Shown here one piece after another: positions 20,801 to 32,800 of a stretch of 64,000 nucleotides of DNA; position 1 is the stretch's first letter; each line of letters begins with the position of its first letter. The DNA comes from Amphiscolops sp. MND2022. Taxonomy: Eukaryota. Under the pieces are notes generated by a model. The model was not told where the DNA came from and made no database searches. It saw nothing but the letters and a program-made list of their open reading frames with translations. The translations under genes and the position numbers were made by a program. The stretch covers positions 27,032,001 through 27,096,000 of the forward strand of contig OZ076412.1 in the NCBI GenBank assembly GCA_964187785.1, read 5' to 3'.

Positions 20801-23800
20801 CAAAATCTGTTTCAAGTTCTTCAGTACCATTAGCAAATTGTTCTGTATAATAGTCAATATCTCCTTCTTCTACTTCTTCTTTTCGTATGGAAGCGTTAAC
20901 AAGTTGGAGGTTCGGTTCGTTTCGTGATACGATCTCGACTTTAATATGTCCATAATCGAAGCTGTTACGGATTATGTCCAAAGCTCCTTTCCAGTGGATG
21001 TTATCTAAGCCATCTTCAATTTTGGGTATTGAAATTGCAGGTATATTGTTTAGTTGTGCGTGTCCAACCAAATTTTCGATGCAATTGCGAAAATCTTCGG
21101 GTTTAATTTTTTCGTAACATCTCTTTTTTGCAACTAGTCCATAGATGAAGCGATTGGCTTCGTTATCCCAAAAGGGTAAAACTGATCCGACGAAAGGTTT
21201 CGACTGGTTCACGAAATTCTGAAAATCTTTCTTCTGTTCGCACAACCTTTTTGCGAACGTGGTTGTCATTTTTCCATCTGCTGAGACACAAAAGGCTAGA
21301 TTTGCATTTGAGGCTCGAAGGGTCTCGCCGGAGCCGTGGCTTAGAAAAACTTGTTGATCTCCTTCGTGTTCGAAGGGAACTGTTGAGTGTAGCAAGAAAC
21401 AGTCGTTGTAGTCTGGGTTTTCCTTTAAAATTGTGTTGACCATCGTGACACAATCCTTTATCTGGAACTTTGGTCGTTCTTTTTCCTGTAGGTCTATGAC
21501 AGCATGACCAATTATTCCTCTATTAAGGGTTATTTGGTGATTTCGATTATTTTCAATCAAAATTGGCAGGTGGGATTCGGACTTCGTACATAAAACATTC
21601 ACAAAGGTAAGTCCTGTTTTGACTGCATTTTTGTGGGGTGTGAATGATGTTCCGGGTGCAAAATGTCTGTTATTTTCGCGGGAGTACTTGTGTAGGCGGG
21701 TAGTTTTGGCATCGATGCAAATTGGGTTATCTGTTCGTATTGTTTCGACCTTTGAAACGTACGGGAAGGGTTTGGTAGCACAAAGGTTACCGTAGCAAAT
21801 CGTGTTAGGACTGTCTTTCAATTCGATTGCAGGCAAATCAAAATGTAATTTAGAAACAAGTTGACGGCAGAAATCTATTCCCAGTAAATTGGGTGTCTTC
21901 GCTTCTGTTATCCAAAACTTTAGCTCTACAGGATGGAGTCCATCCGAGTCGAAACTGAATGTGATTGTTGTTGATCCAAGCATCGGTATAACTTCGCCAG
22001 TATAGGTTTTAGTCAGCTGTTTGCTCCTGACTACCGTGATGGGTTGTCCAAACTGTGCAATTTCCTCAAAAGCTCTGTAATTGATGATTGAACAGGCTGC
22101 TCCTGTATCTAGCATGAATTCTATTTCTAACCCACTATCTTTTTTGGAGTCTCCGGTGGGAAAAAAGAAGAGATTTAGGTGAAAACGTGATTTGAGGTTA
22201 CTTTCTTCGTCAGGTCGCGGAGACTTTAGCAGTTTAAAGGGTTGAACGAGATTGTACTAACTCTGTCCTGTCCTTCTTCGTCAATGAACTGTACGGAGTT
22301 TGGGAAACTGTTATTGTTGGTTGGGAAATTTCGGTTGTACTCAGAATTTGTGTTTTGTGGTCGTGCACTGAAGTTATACGGGCTATTTGGCCTATTTCCA
22401 GTATAGGGTGTATTGTTTCGCAAATTGGTACTAGTCGAAGTTGGTCTACTACCTGAAGAGTGATTGTTATTGCCACTGAAGTTGTTGAAGTTGTTCGACT
22501 GCTGAGGATTATTTCGGTTCCAGTTTTCATTTCGATTGTTCCCTTCGTTAGGTCTGCCTCTGTTGAAGTTTTGGTTCGACTGTTGGTTGCTTCTTTGATT
22601 ATTGGTGAAGTTCGGTCTTGGTGAAGACTGATAATTTTGTTGTGATCCAAATCCGGGTCCCTTCCGTTTGTTGTAGTCGTTGGTGAAGGTGACCTTCTTC
22701 TCTTCATTAGCTCGTGATTGTGCTCTCTTGGCTTCGTCATCGTAGATCTTCTTTCGGCAATATTGGAGTGTATGACCATTCCTTTGGCAATATTTACAAA
22801 ATCGTGTGATGTTTTGGCGGGACGTGTTATTTACGTCTACTGCAGAGACGTGATAGTCATGACAGTGAGAGGATGGGCATCCGTAGGGTAGGGAGTTAGT
22901 TACAGCTAAAGAGTTGATTTGTTGTTCTTTTAGCATATTCTTCATTGCGTTGATGTCTTCTCGTAGTTCGTTTATCAACGTTTTTTGGTTTTGTGAGGAG
23001 TTCGGAGCTAGTTGAGAGCTGATAGTAAAAACAAGGTCTTTATTAGTTACGTGTTCCTGAAATTGTTCCCAAGTAGCGTTGGGGTGTTCAATTAGGTATT
23101 GGTGAGCCTTGTTCTTTAGTTCGTTGGGCGTTAGTCCTCTGACTGCAAATTCAATGTACTTTTGCCTTCTTTGAGCGTTCAGTGCAGCTCTAGCTGCATT
23201 ATCAGCATTTTCTTCGTCTGGCCATCCTCTATCGACAGCTCGTTTCACTCGGTGAAAGTAGTTCTTTATTATTTCTTCATTCCCTCTGACACTGTTTTCT
23301 GCAGTTATTCTGTATCTGTATTTATCTCTATTGTCGGAAAAGCGGGTTAGGAAATGGGTTCTAATATGTTGCCAATCGTGTCCATCTCCTATGTTGTCTG
23401 TATACCACTCGGCGGCAGGTCCTCTTAGTAGGGATGAGAAAAGTGCTTTTTTGCGAAATAAGTATCTTGCTCGATCGTCATCATTGTCGGGTTCATGGCC
23501 CATCGAGAAATTGATTTTGTTCTCAACAGTTGTGAGAAATGATCTGACATCTTGTTCGGGGTCGTTTCCTGAGAATTTGTCCAAAGCGAGGTCGGGAAAT
23601 GAAACTGTGTTATCTGCCATTCCTCTCTTTTGCTTGAATGTGCCTCACTGGTCGCACCAGTTTGTAAAGGTTCGATTGGGTTTAGGAGAAATTAGCCTTC
23701 TGAGATTCTTGATCAATAGTGTTTAGGAGTTAGTTTGCGACTATGCCGCCTCACTGGTCGCACCAGTTTGTAAAGGTTCGATTGGGTTTAGGAGAAATTA

Positions 23801-26800
23801 GCCTTCTGAGATTCTTGATCAATAGTGTTTAGGAGTTAGTTTGCGACTATGCCTTCCTAAACCTTTACAAAAGTTGTCTCTAGGTCTTCCGAGTTCGCAG
23901 GAAGGACTTTGTTTCGAGAGAAGAGTTTGAATATATGAAAAGAATTTGAATTAGTTCGAGTATTATATTCAACAATGTTTGTTTTTACACAATACGCAAG
24001 AATACAATACAAACAAAATAATGTAATCATCCAAGTTGACACAAATATCCAATCAATAATATCTGAATTGTTTAGCATTCACCACAAATAAATACATCAA
24101 TTATTTAGGGAGCAATGTTCAGGTAAGTTGTGTAAGTACTATAAAAACTGGAATTTTCTGATCTTATTGTCCAACAATTTGGTTAGGACAAGTGTGCTGA
24201 CTTTTGACCAGAATTACAGTCTATTCAGACCGGTTTGGGGTTCCTAGAGTTCTCAACAATGTAGTGAGAGTTACTAAGTCTATTGACAATTTACGTGACA
24301 GGTTTGTCACACGTTCTAGCTTATAGGAAGCGAAGAACTAGCTTATAGGAAGCTGAGAGTTAAATAAAATAGTTTTAGCCTATATGACCAGCCAATTACT
24401 AGGTCGAAGACAGGATTGTCTTGAGCATAGACTTATAAGAAGTCTTGCGAATCTAAGTAAATTAAGGGTCTTATCTAACCAGCATTCGCTAGGTTTTTGT
24501 TCGGACAAGATTGCCGATTGGGCTCGATCCAGAGGTTCGGTGCCGTGTTCTAAGAGTTTTAACCTATTGCAATGGACCAGCAAGTTTGCTAGGTCGAGAG
24601 GAAGACAAGTTTGTCTAAAGACTTTGAAGAAGTCTTGTGAGTCTAAGTGAGTTAAAGGCCTTATTTCAACCAGCAGTTTGCTAGGTTGCTTTTTAGACAA
24701 GATTGTCAGAATTCTGTTCAATACTTTATAAGGTTACATGCATTTTACTTTTTAATCAGTTTGTTTTACTTGCAAGTTAGCTGCAGTTATTGAAATGATC
24801 TAGACTAGCAGTCGCTAAGTCTTGACGCAATCGCGTACTAAGAGGAAAGTGATCTCCGTCGAGAATTGTTTGGGAGCGTTTAGCTCTAGTTAGTTTTCCC
24901 TATGATTTTCATAGGAGAACCTTGTCGGTTGTTTGTCTCTTCAGTCACTAGGACTGGGGGTTGTCTATAAAAGACAGGTAGGAAAAGGGAGCAAAGAAAA
25001 AAGAGAGAAATTTTGAGTTGTGAATTTTGAAGTTATTTTCTAAGTTAAAGAAAATAACTAACCTGAAGTTTGAAGCAAAGATTGGGTCGGAGAGATTTGT
25101 TCTCGCAAGAGAGAGATTTTTTTGAGAGAGATGATTTATAGCAGAGGCGAAGAGGAGAGTCAGAGTGAGAGTGTGTGAGAGATTTATGCGAGAAAATTAT
25201 GAATCAATTTGCTAGAGTCCGGCTTTTTTATACGAGCCGACCGAACGGTACAACCAATCAAATCGATTGGCGTTTTTCATTGGATACGAAATTATTTCGT
25301 CATTATCTCGTCAATATTTTGTCCATAATTGGAATCGCATTCACTATTGGATGCAACCGAATAGAAGTCGGCGGGGATTGCATCAGCTACCGAATATGTT
25401 CGGCTAACCGAGTTGGCTGACGCAACTCTTTGTATTTGTCAGGGGAATTAATCCTCTCAAGTGGGGGACTTTGTTCCCACTTGAGAATTCTTTTTGTTTA
25501 AAATTGAGAATTTGGCCGTACAAGTGGCGCCTATTATTCTCTTTTCAGAGATATTTACTGGCACAAGTGGCGTCGCATATTGTCTTTTTCAGGGGAGATA
25601 AAAGATAATTGTTTGCACAAGTGGCAAGCGTTTTCTTTTGTAGAGGGGAATTCTCCCTTTCATATGACGCGCAGCTGTAATTTTGTTTATCTCTAAAATT
25701 CTTTCAAGCGTGCCTGGAGAATTGAAAGAATTTGAGTAAGAGTTCACAAAAATTGAATAAAAAAAAATTCTAGCTCCGATTGAATAATTTTCTAAATATG
25801 TTTTTTTCAAATATTAAATTGAAGAAAAAGTTGTGTTAAACACAACAAGTTGTGTCTCATTCTTCATCGAAAAAGTTACTTTTATCTTTCTGAGTTCAAT
25901 TCATGTTCTTTGAAATTAAACTACAAGAATATTTTATCCAATTACAGTGAAAGATATTGTTCAAGATCTCGAAATAGCGTGATATTTCTACCAAAGAAAC
26001 CTTTGAAGAAATTGAGAAATACTTTAAGGTTGCTTCTGTAATTTTGAACGTTGTTTCTGCGGAGGGGTACATCGATGTTGAAATCCACAAAGGGAGTCTT
26101 TTCAGATGTATAGAAGAGAATGTATACTTCACTGACAGTAAACTCGGATTTTTTACTTGTTTGTATTTAATGAAATCAGTAGTCACAAAAATTTTTGATT
26201 GCACCTTGCTGGGCTTCTAATTAGCGAGAGGTGTTGTTTCATTTCCATGTAAGGAAATACATGTATTGTCATTCTAATTCGTGATACTATTTTTGACCGA
26301 ATGCGTTCATTTTAAAATCAGCCTATATTTGTGTTTGTACTTATTTACACTCCCTTTTCCCCTAGTCTTCTCTACCTCCCGAGCATCTATAAAAAGAAGG
26401 AAAAACGACCTCTTTCTCTATTCAACTCAATCGTCGTCGACGCAAATTTCAATTTAATCCCATTTTCTCCTTCGTTCCGTCTTGTTTTACGGTGACGTAA
26501 ATGTACATCCATATTTGTCGCATCGGTTTCGCTTTCGTGTCGTGATTAGCGGCATTGGTATTAGCAAGCTTAGCCGATTTATGAAGTAATTGGCTTTGGG
26601 TACACCGAAAAAGTGATAGTATTACGTCATTGGGGTTGGATGACGTCAGCAAAGGATGAATGGGATAAAGGAAGGAATGAAAATAGAATTGTGAGTGGGA
26701 GAAATTCCCCAGAGTTGAAAAACAGTGAAATGAAGTGGATGCTAAGGTAGAACATCATGGAATGGTGACGTCACGTACTTCCACATCACGAATTGAGTGT

Positions 26801-29800
26801 GGCTCTCAAAAGCAGAAAGTTGTGACACAAATAGCATTGATTCACCTCAAATTGAAGATCTTGGAATTCTAAAGTTATCAAAAGATGCTGTAAAAATATT
26901 TCACATCTAATAAAAGACAGTTTTTGAGTTTATTCTAGCAGTCAAATAAAACTTAGCTGATGACTGGCAGGATTTTGGTGGTGGAAAATGAGAAATTTTA
27001 AGTGGGAAAAATTAATTAATTAATGTACTTTTATACGCATCAAACAATTGGAGAATGGTGTTTTGCACTACAGAGTACAGCATAGAAATGTCTCTGGTAT
27101 GCTGAAGTTGACTTCAAACAGGTTGCCTGATTTGAAGACGTTTTCACAAAACGTTGCAACTGAAACCCTCTTTGCCTGAAAGAACCCATCTGGCCCAGGA
27201 CAACTTGCTGTCAGTGTAGGGAGGATATCGGAACCTATGGTTGGCCCCTTCCACCAATCGTGTGGGTACCTCCATACAAGACTTACCATGAGAAAAGGCA
27301 TCAAAGGAGAACTTGCCATGGTAGCAGCCGGTGCCACTTTCTCCCACGCCACCGAAGGGCAAAGAAGGCAAGCCTCCTTGTAGCATTGCGTCATTGGCCA
27401 CAAACATACCACAAGTTGTAGAATTGCGCCATGCATCAATGGTTGACTTGGCGTTTGTGAAGACGTATAGACTCAATGGTTTGGGCTTGGTCTGCACAAA
27501 ATTGATGGCCTCGTGTAGACTCTCCACTGGCATGATGGGCAGAACTGGCCCGAATATCTCTTCCTGCATACACTTCTGACTTTGTTTGGCGTTTGTTATA
27601 ATTGTAGGACTGATGTACCGCTTGCTTTTGTCACGTCCTCCTCCATAAAAGATTTCCACGCCGTCTTCCGTGAGAAAAGATTCCACTCTGTCGAAATGTC
27701 TTTCGTTGACTATCTTCCCGTAATCTGGCGAGCTTGATGCATCGCTGGTGTAAAAGCTATCGATTACTTCCTTCAGCTGATTCTTGAGCTTTTCCTGAAA
27801 TTGAAACATGAGTTGATGCCATATTTAGGAAAAAGAAATGTGAATTAAGAATCGGTATAAAATATACGTCGTTCAAAAATAGAATTCCAAAAAACTGTAC
27901 ATTTCTAATGATATGACCGCAAGTTTTGATATCCTATTCTTTTCTGTTTATTTCATATACATGAAAGACATGGAAAGTGACATGGAAAACCATATTTAGA
28001 AGCTTAATTTTTAAAAATAGCCAGTTTTTGCTCCCCCTAGTATGGCGAACTATTCTATGCAAATAATTAGTGTATCTTGGTTTTTTTCTAAAATACCAGA
28101 AACAAAGGCAATTTTTATTCATTTGCTTGTAGAATTGATTTGGTTGAGGATTCAGACTAATTGATTAGTTCAGTTCGAGGTGGAAAACACAAACCTGCAT
28201 TTCTTTTGAGCACAATACGTAATCAGGGGCAATACAAGTCTGTCCACAGTTGACCAACTTGGCCCAGGCGAGTCTATTAGCTGTTATGGTGAGATCTGCA
28301 TCATCTGCCACGTATACTGGACTTTTGCCTCCCAGTTCCAAAGTAACGGGCGTCAAATATTTGGCAGCCGCAGTCATAACTATCTTTCCCACGGGCGAGC
28401 TTCCTGTGTAGAATATTTTGTCAAACTGCTGCTCCAACAGAGCCGTGGTCTCTGGTATACCCCCTGTGACGACTTTGAAGCATTCCTCGTCTAAGTACTT
28501 AGGTACCAGTTTCTCGATAAGCTCCGCAGTGGCTGGTGCCATTTCTGATGGTTTCAGTATTGCGCAGTTACCGGCTGCGATGGCGCCCACTAGCGGCAGG
28601 AAGGTGAGCTGCACAGGGTAGTTCCACGCGCCAATGATCAAAGTGACCCCATAGGGATCTTTTTGTATATAGCAAGACATGGGTTTGTACAACAGAGTTT
28701 TGGAAACATACTCAGGTTTCATCCAACTGCTAACGTTCTTCACGGCATGCTCGATGTCTGTTTCGAGGATATCGGTTTCAAACAAAACTGCTTCCGCCCT
28801 GCATTTGCCCAAATCTTTTCTCAAAGCCTCCACGAAATCGCTCTCATTTTTGGTAATGAGTGTTTTCAAGGCCTTTAGTTGATCTTTTCTGAAAGATTCA
28901 GTTTTCGTGCGCCCGGTTAAGAAAGCGGCCCGCATAGACTGTACCAGTAATTCCATATCTTCTTTCATTGCTAGGATGCTAGCTGATGTTGTGTGTTTGA
29001 ATTGGTATGAAAGCAAGAAAGCAACTAGTTTCAGACTTGTGAGACTAATAAACTGAGTTCTACGCCAAAGTACGATCACAGGACAGAAAATGTACGTCAA
29101 CTAAATAGTATTCTGGTGCTATTTTAAGATACACTGAGATGCTAGTTTCTATTGCTTGGATATTTCTCACTAACAAGAATTTAATCTACTGAATATTTGC
29201 AATCAAATCTACAGCTGAATGCGATCTAGAGAGTCAATGGCTAATGCCTTCGGCACCACTTCTGTCTGATTTCATTATGGTATCATTTGGATGCTTGCAA
29301 AGTGTGCATAATCTGCGGACTTTGTTTCATATTTTGTAAAGGTTTTATTTCACATCAGCCCAAGAGGTCGTTCCAAATTCAGCTGATCGTGGATAAGGTC
29401 GTTAGAAGAATATTTGGAACTTTTCAAAACTTCATTTTCAGCTCTGTGAGTAAATGTTCTGAGGATAACCTCAATGAGTTCGAAATATGCAGTTGAAGAT
29501 TTTAAACGTGAAAACAGCCCAATTTTTTTATGATTCATATGTTGTATATTTTAAAATAAATTCTCAACCTTGCTCTCATAAGAATTTTTAAAATAGTAAT
29601 TCAAAACATATTCTTCACTTTTGGTCAAGAAAACCACTTGCTAAGGTTTTGAATATTTGTTTTTATGGGACCGTTATTAACACGGAATAGGCTCTGCAGT
29701 TTGCAGCGTATATGACACCCTATTTTTCTCAGGCATGGCCTCACTGCAACATGGGCATCCCGGACGGTTTCTTTTTCAACATGAACTGGGTTTCAGTACG

Positions 29801-32800
29801 TACGGTCCTTGTTTGGTAGCTTTAGATGAAAAAATTCAAAACACACATGAAACAAACCAAGGCATTCCCGATTTGCATTATACCTTTGTACCGAGACAAA
29901 GCATCAATGTCAGTGTATTAATTGGCAAATATCCCAGTGTAAATCGCGCTCCCTGTTGCTTTTCTATCATGGAGTGAATCTCCTGACTTTTTTGGGTTGA
30001 TGACTTCACTTCAGTTCAGAGTGTTTACACCGCTAATCAGAGAATTAGCGACCGCGTCGAATTTTTTCAGCGATTGTGTATTAGTGATTCAAATTAGCCG
30101 CAATTAATAATATATTGTCCAAATTCAAAAAATTTTGCGGAAAATGCACGAATTTTCAAAATGAATTTCGAAACATTCCAACTCTTCATCTGTAAAGCAC
30201 ACACAATATTTAAAAAGTTCCAAGTTTTTTTTCTTACAAAAATGGAATTAAGTAATTGTTCTATTTTTTTTTAAAATCATAAATTCAAACATTTTATAGT
30301 TTGACGAAAAAGTTTTTCAGCGAAATAGCGATTTTGAAATTAGCGATTAGCGAAAAAAAATGAGCGATGTCAAAACTCTGCTTCAGTTGGTTTTTACCGA
30401 AGAATTGATCGTTAAGTCATTTTATTCTACTGTTGTTTGTTCAGAGCTGAAGGAGCAGTTGATGGAGTTGGAGACGTTTGCGTACGAGAGTGGACAAGGT
30501 GAGTTGCCGCAGTCGGTGTTGGTGGAGAAGCAGAAGGCGATGATCGATCAGCTGAGGAGCAGACTCAACATCAATCTGGACGATTTTGACCACCTCTCCA
30601 CCGAGGAGCTGAAGAAGATTGTCGACTCATCCCTCCAGAGGTACTGTACTATTACTACAGAGATACACAAGCTGCTACTACTTACTCATATTGACCATCA
30701 AAATGTCTTCCAATTACATCATACAACATACATCATTCCCAACAATGTGAAGCATTCGAGCTTCTCAATTCATTTTTCAAAATGTACCCAAAACTAATGT
30801 GTGTTGGTGACAGCTAAGTTTTTAAAAACTTGTATTGCTCTGTCCATAACTTCAATTTTATTGAGACTTGAAGCCTTAACATGAATGATCTGGACCATCG
30901 TTACCGTTGCAGACCACCATAGTTTTGCTTCGCACTGTCGCTTTGAAAACATGAATTATGGGCTAGATTGTTACGATTATGTTTTGATGTGTGGAACGTT
31001 ATTTGAAATGACTTTGTTGCTCTGTTTGTTTGGCCAGGATAATCAACCCTGCGAAAGCCAAAGAGGACCTGTTGTACCAGCTGCAATCTCAGATCAGCGA
31101 CCTGGAGCGCTTCATCGATTTCCTCATGGCTGAGGGCAGCGTGGCCCCTGTCGGCAACCAGGCCTTGTGCTCCTGCAACCGCAAGTGTCCAGTCCACAAT
31201 GAACACGACCACCACCACCACTCTCACGATTGCGATTCTTCTAGGTCTACATCAGCGGCAGACTCAACAACTACTTCCAAGAGAAAGTTCCTTAGTTAGT
31301 CATACTGCACAAAGCCAATAACATCAGAGAATATAGGGTTGTGATGGGGCTAAAGAGGGAAAACTACGCTTAAAACTGGAGTTTAATTTTGTAACCCACA
31401 TGCATGACGAATTTCAACGACCGAAATGAGAATCATCCTGTTTAGCTAGGATGTTTCATTTTCGTGGAAATTATTCTCGGTATCATTCCCGGTCTAGATA
31501 GGTACAGATAGGTCCGCTCAATTAGCCTAATTCGTGACTCTACGCACCGGGTGGAAAGATTAAACTGACCAATTAACTGAATTGCAATATGTTTGCCACT
31601 CAACTATTGCCTTATTTTTTTTCCGTTCAATATTTGTATACTCGAGGAGTGAAAGTCTGCGGTTTTCAAAATGATTTGGGGTTTAGATCTATAGATTTTT
31701 CAGAAGGTGGCGGAAGCGATGAAGAGAAGAAGCAGCAACGACAAAAGCAGGAGACGTACAACACAGTGAAGAAGACCATGTATCTCATCCAGATGTACCT
31801 GCTGGCTAATATGAGCTGCGTGGGGGGAGGTGTCGGCGCTGCAGGGGGTTCCAAGGCACAGGGCAGTGGCCGGAGACACAACAACTCCTCAGAGAGCGAG
31901 ATGCGCTCCGAGAAGGACGAGTTCGATCATCAGTTCAAACTCAAACTCAACAAACTTTCCAAAACAGTCGACACTGTCATCCAGTTAAACTCCGAGTTAG
32001 TAACTTTTTTTCACATCAACAGCCAACAAACATGGTTACTGTTTTCTGCCTCAAACTCTTCGGCCCATAACTTATTGCAAAGAATAGTCAGCCTTCTGTC
32101 GCAATTAAAGGCATTTGTTGACGATTGGAACTTGTTTGCTGAGGAGACCATTAAAGTTTAACATAACTCGGCTCAAAAACCAATTGGTTTTTGATCATAT
32201 GGAGGACCTTGATGGATCAAAATTGATCGAGAGTGGAAATGTCCATTAAATGGTTGGATTTTGTGTAATGTTTCAGAAGTTTTTAATACCGTTGATGACA
32301 AGACAACTTGAACAATAACTATAAATCCAACTTTTTAGCATTGCCATAAAACCTTCCACTGTCAAGTAGTTGTTTTAGGGACTATTTTGGCATTTTAGGA
32401 CGTGTATGGACACGGACTATTTCTCTGACTCATCTGACACTCCTTCAGTGCTTGTAAACGCGGAACTTCTCAAAACTGTGCGGCGCAATCTGGTCTACAG
32501 CTTGAAAGAGCTCCTGCAGTTTGCAGTCATACCATCAGGCTCGACAGGCAAAGAGTCCTCCTCTGTCATTTCTCCCTTCAACTGCTTCAGTGGTCGCTCG
32601 GCCAGACTGAAGAGAAACAGTGCTGCGATGGCTGCAGCCCATATATGGCAATTGTTTTTGGCTTACTACGAAATCAAACATGGTAACGACTATGTTCACA
32701 CTCCAGCCAGAAAGTTGACGGATGCCTTCAGGTTGGACAGTTTTGGCGGCAGCGGGACAGGGCTTAGTGCATCTTCGACTAATGTAAGCTCTGGTGGAGG

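Larger units (their letters stand above)
6324..25847 (-). mobile_element. Giant (19,524 bp) intact env-bearing Ty3/Gypsy (Metaviridae) element with accessory genes
   Basis: TG...CA termini, 4-bp TSD AGTT (6320-6323 and 25848-25851) and two 2,185-bp LTRs at a constant offset of 17,339. PBS, gag, pol in PR-RT-RH-IN order, env-like ORF and five further ORFs, all on - and uninterrupted. Confidence 0.96.

Noticed and set aside
22234-22779. 181-aa alternative-frame ORF overlapping the gag 3' end
   Set aside because: Shadow of the N/Q-rich gag tail; it ends before pol and lacks a clear start.
25852-26220. Protein-like text across the insertion site (IDAGCQFLAQLCLILH...; DISTKETFEEIEKYFK...)
   Set aside because: Needs a frameshift, has no start and no recognisable family; cannot be supported as a gene.
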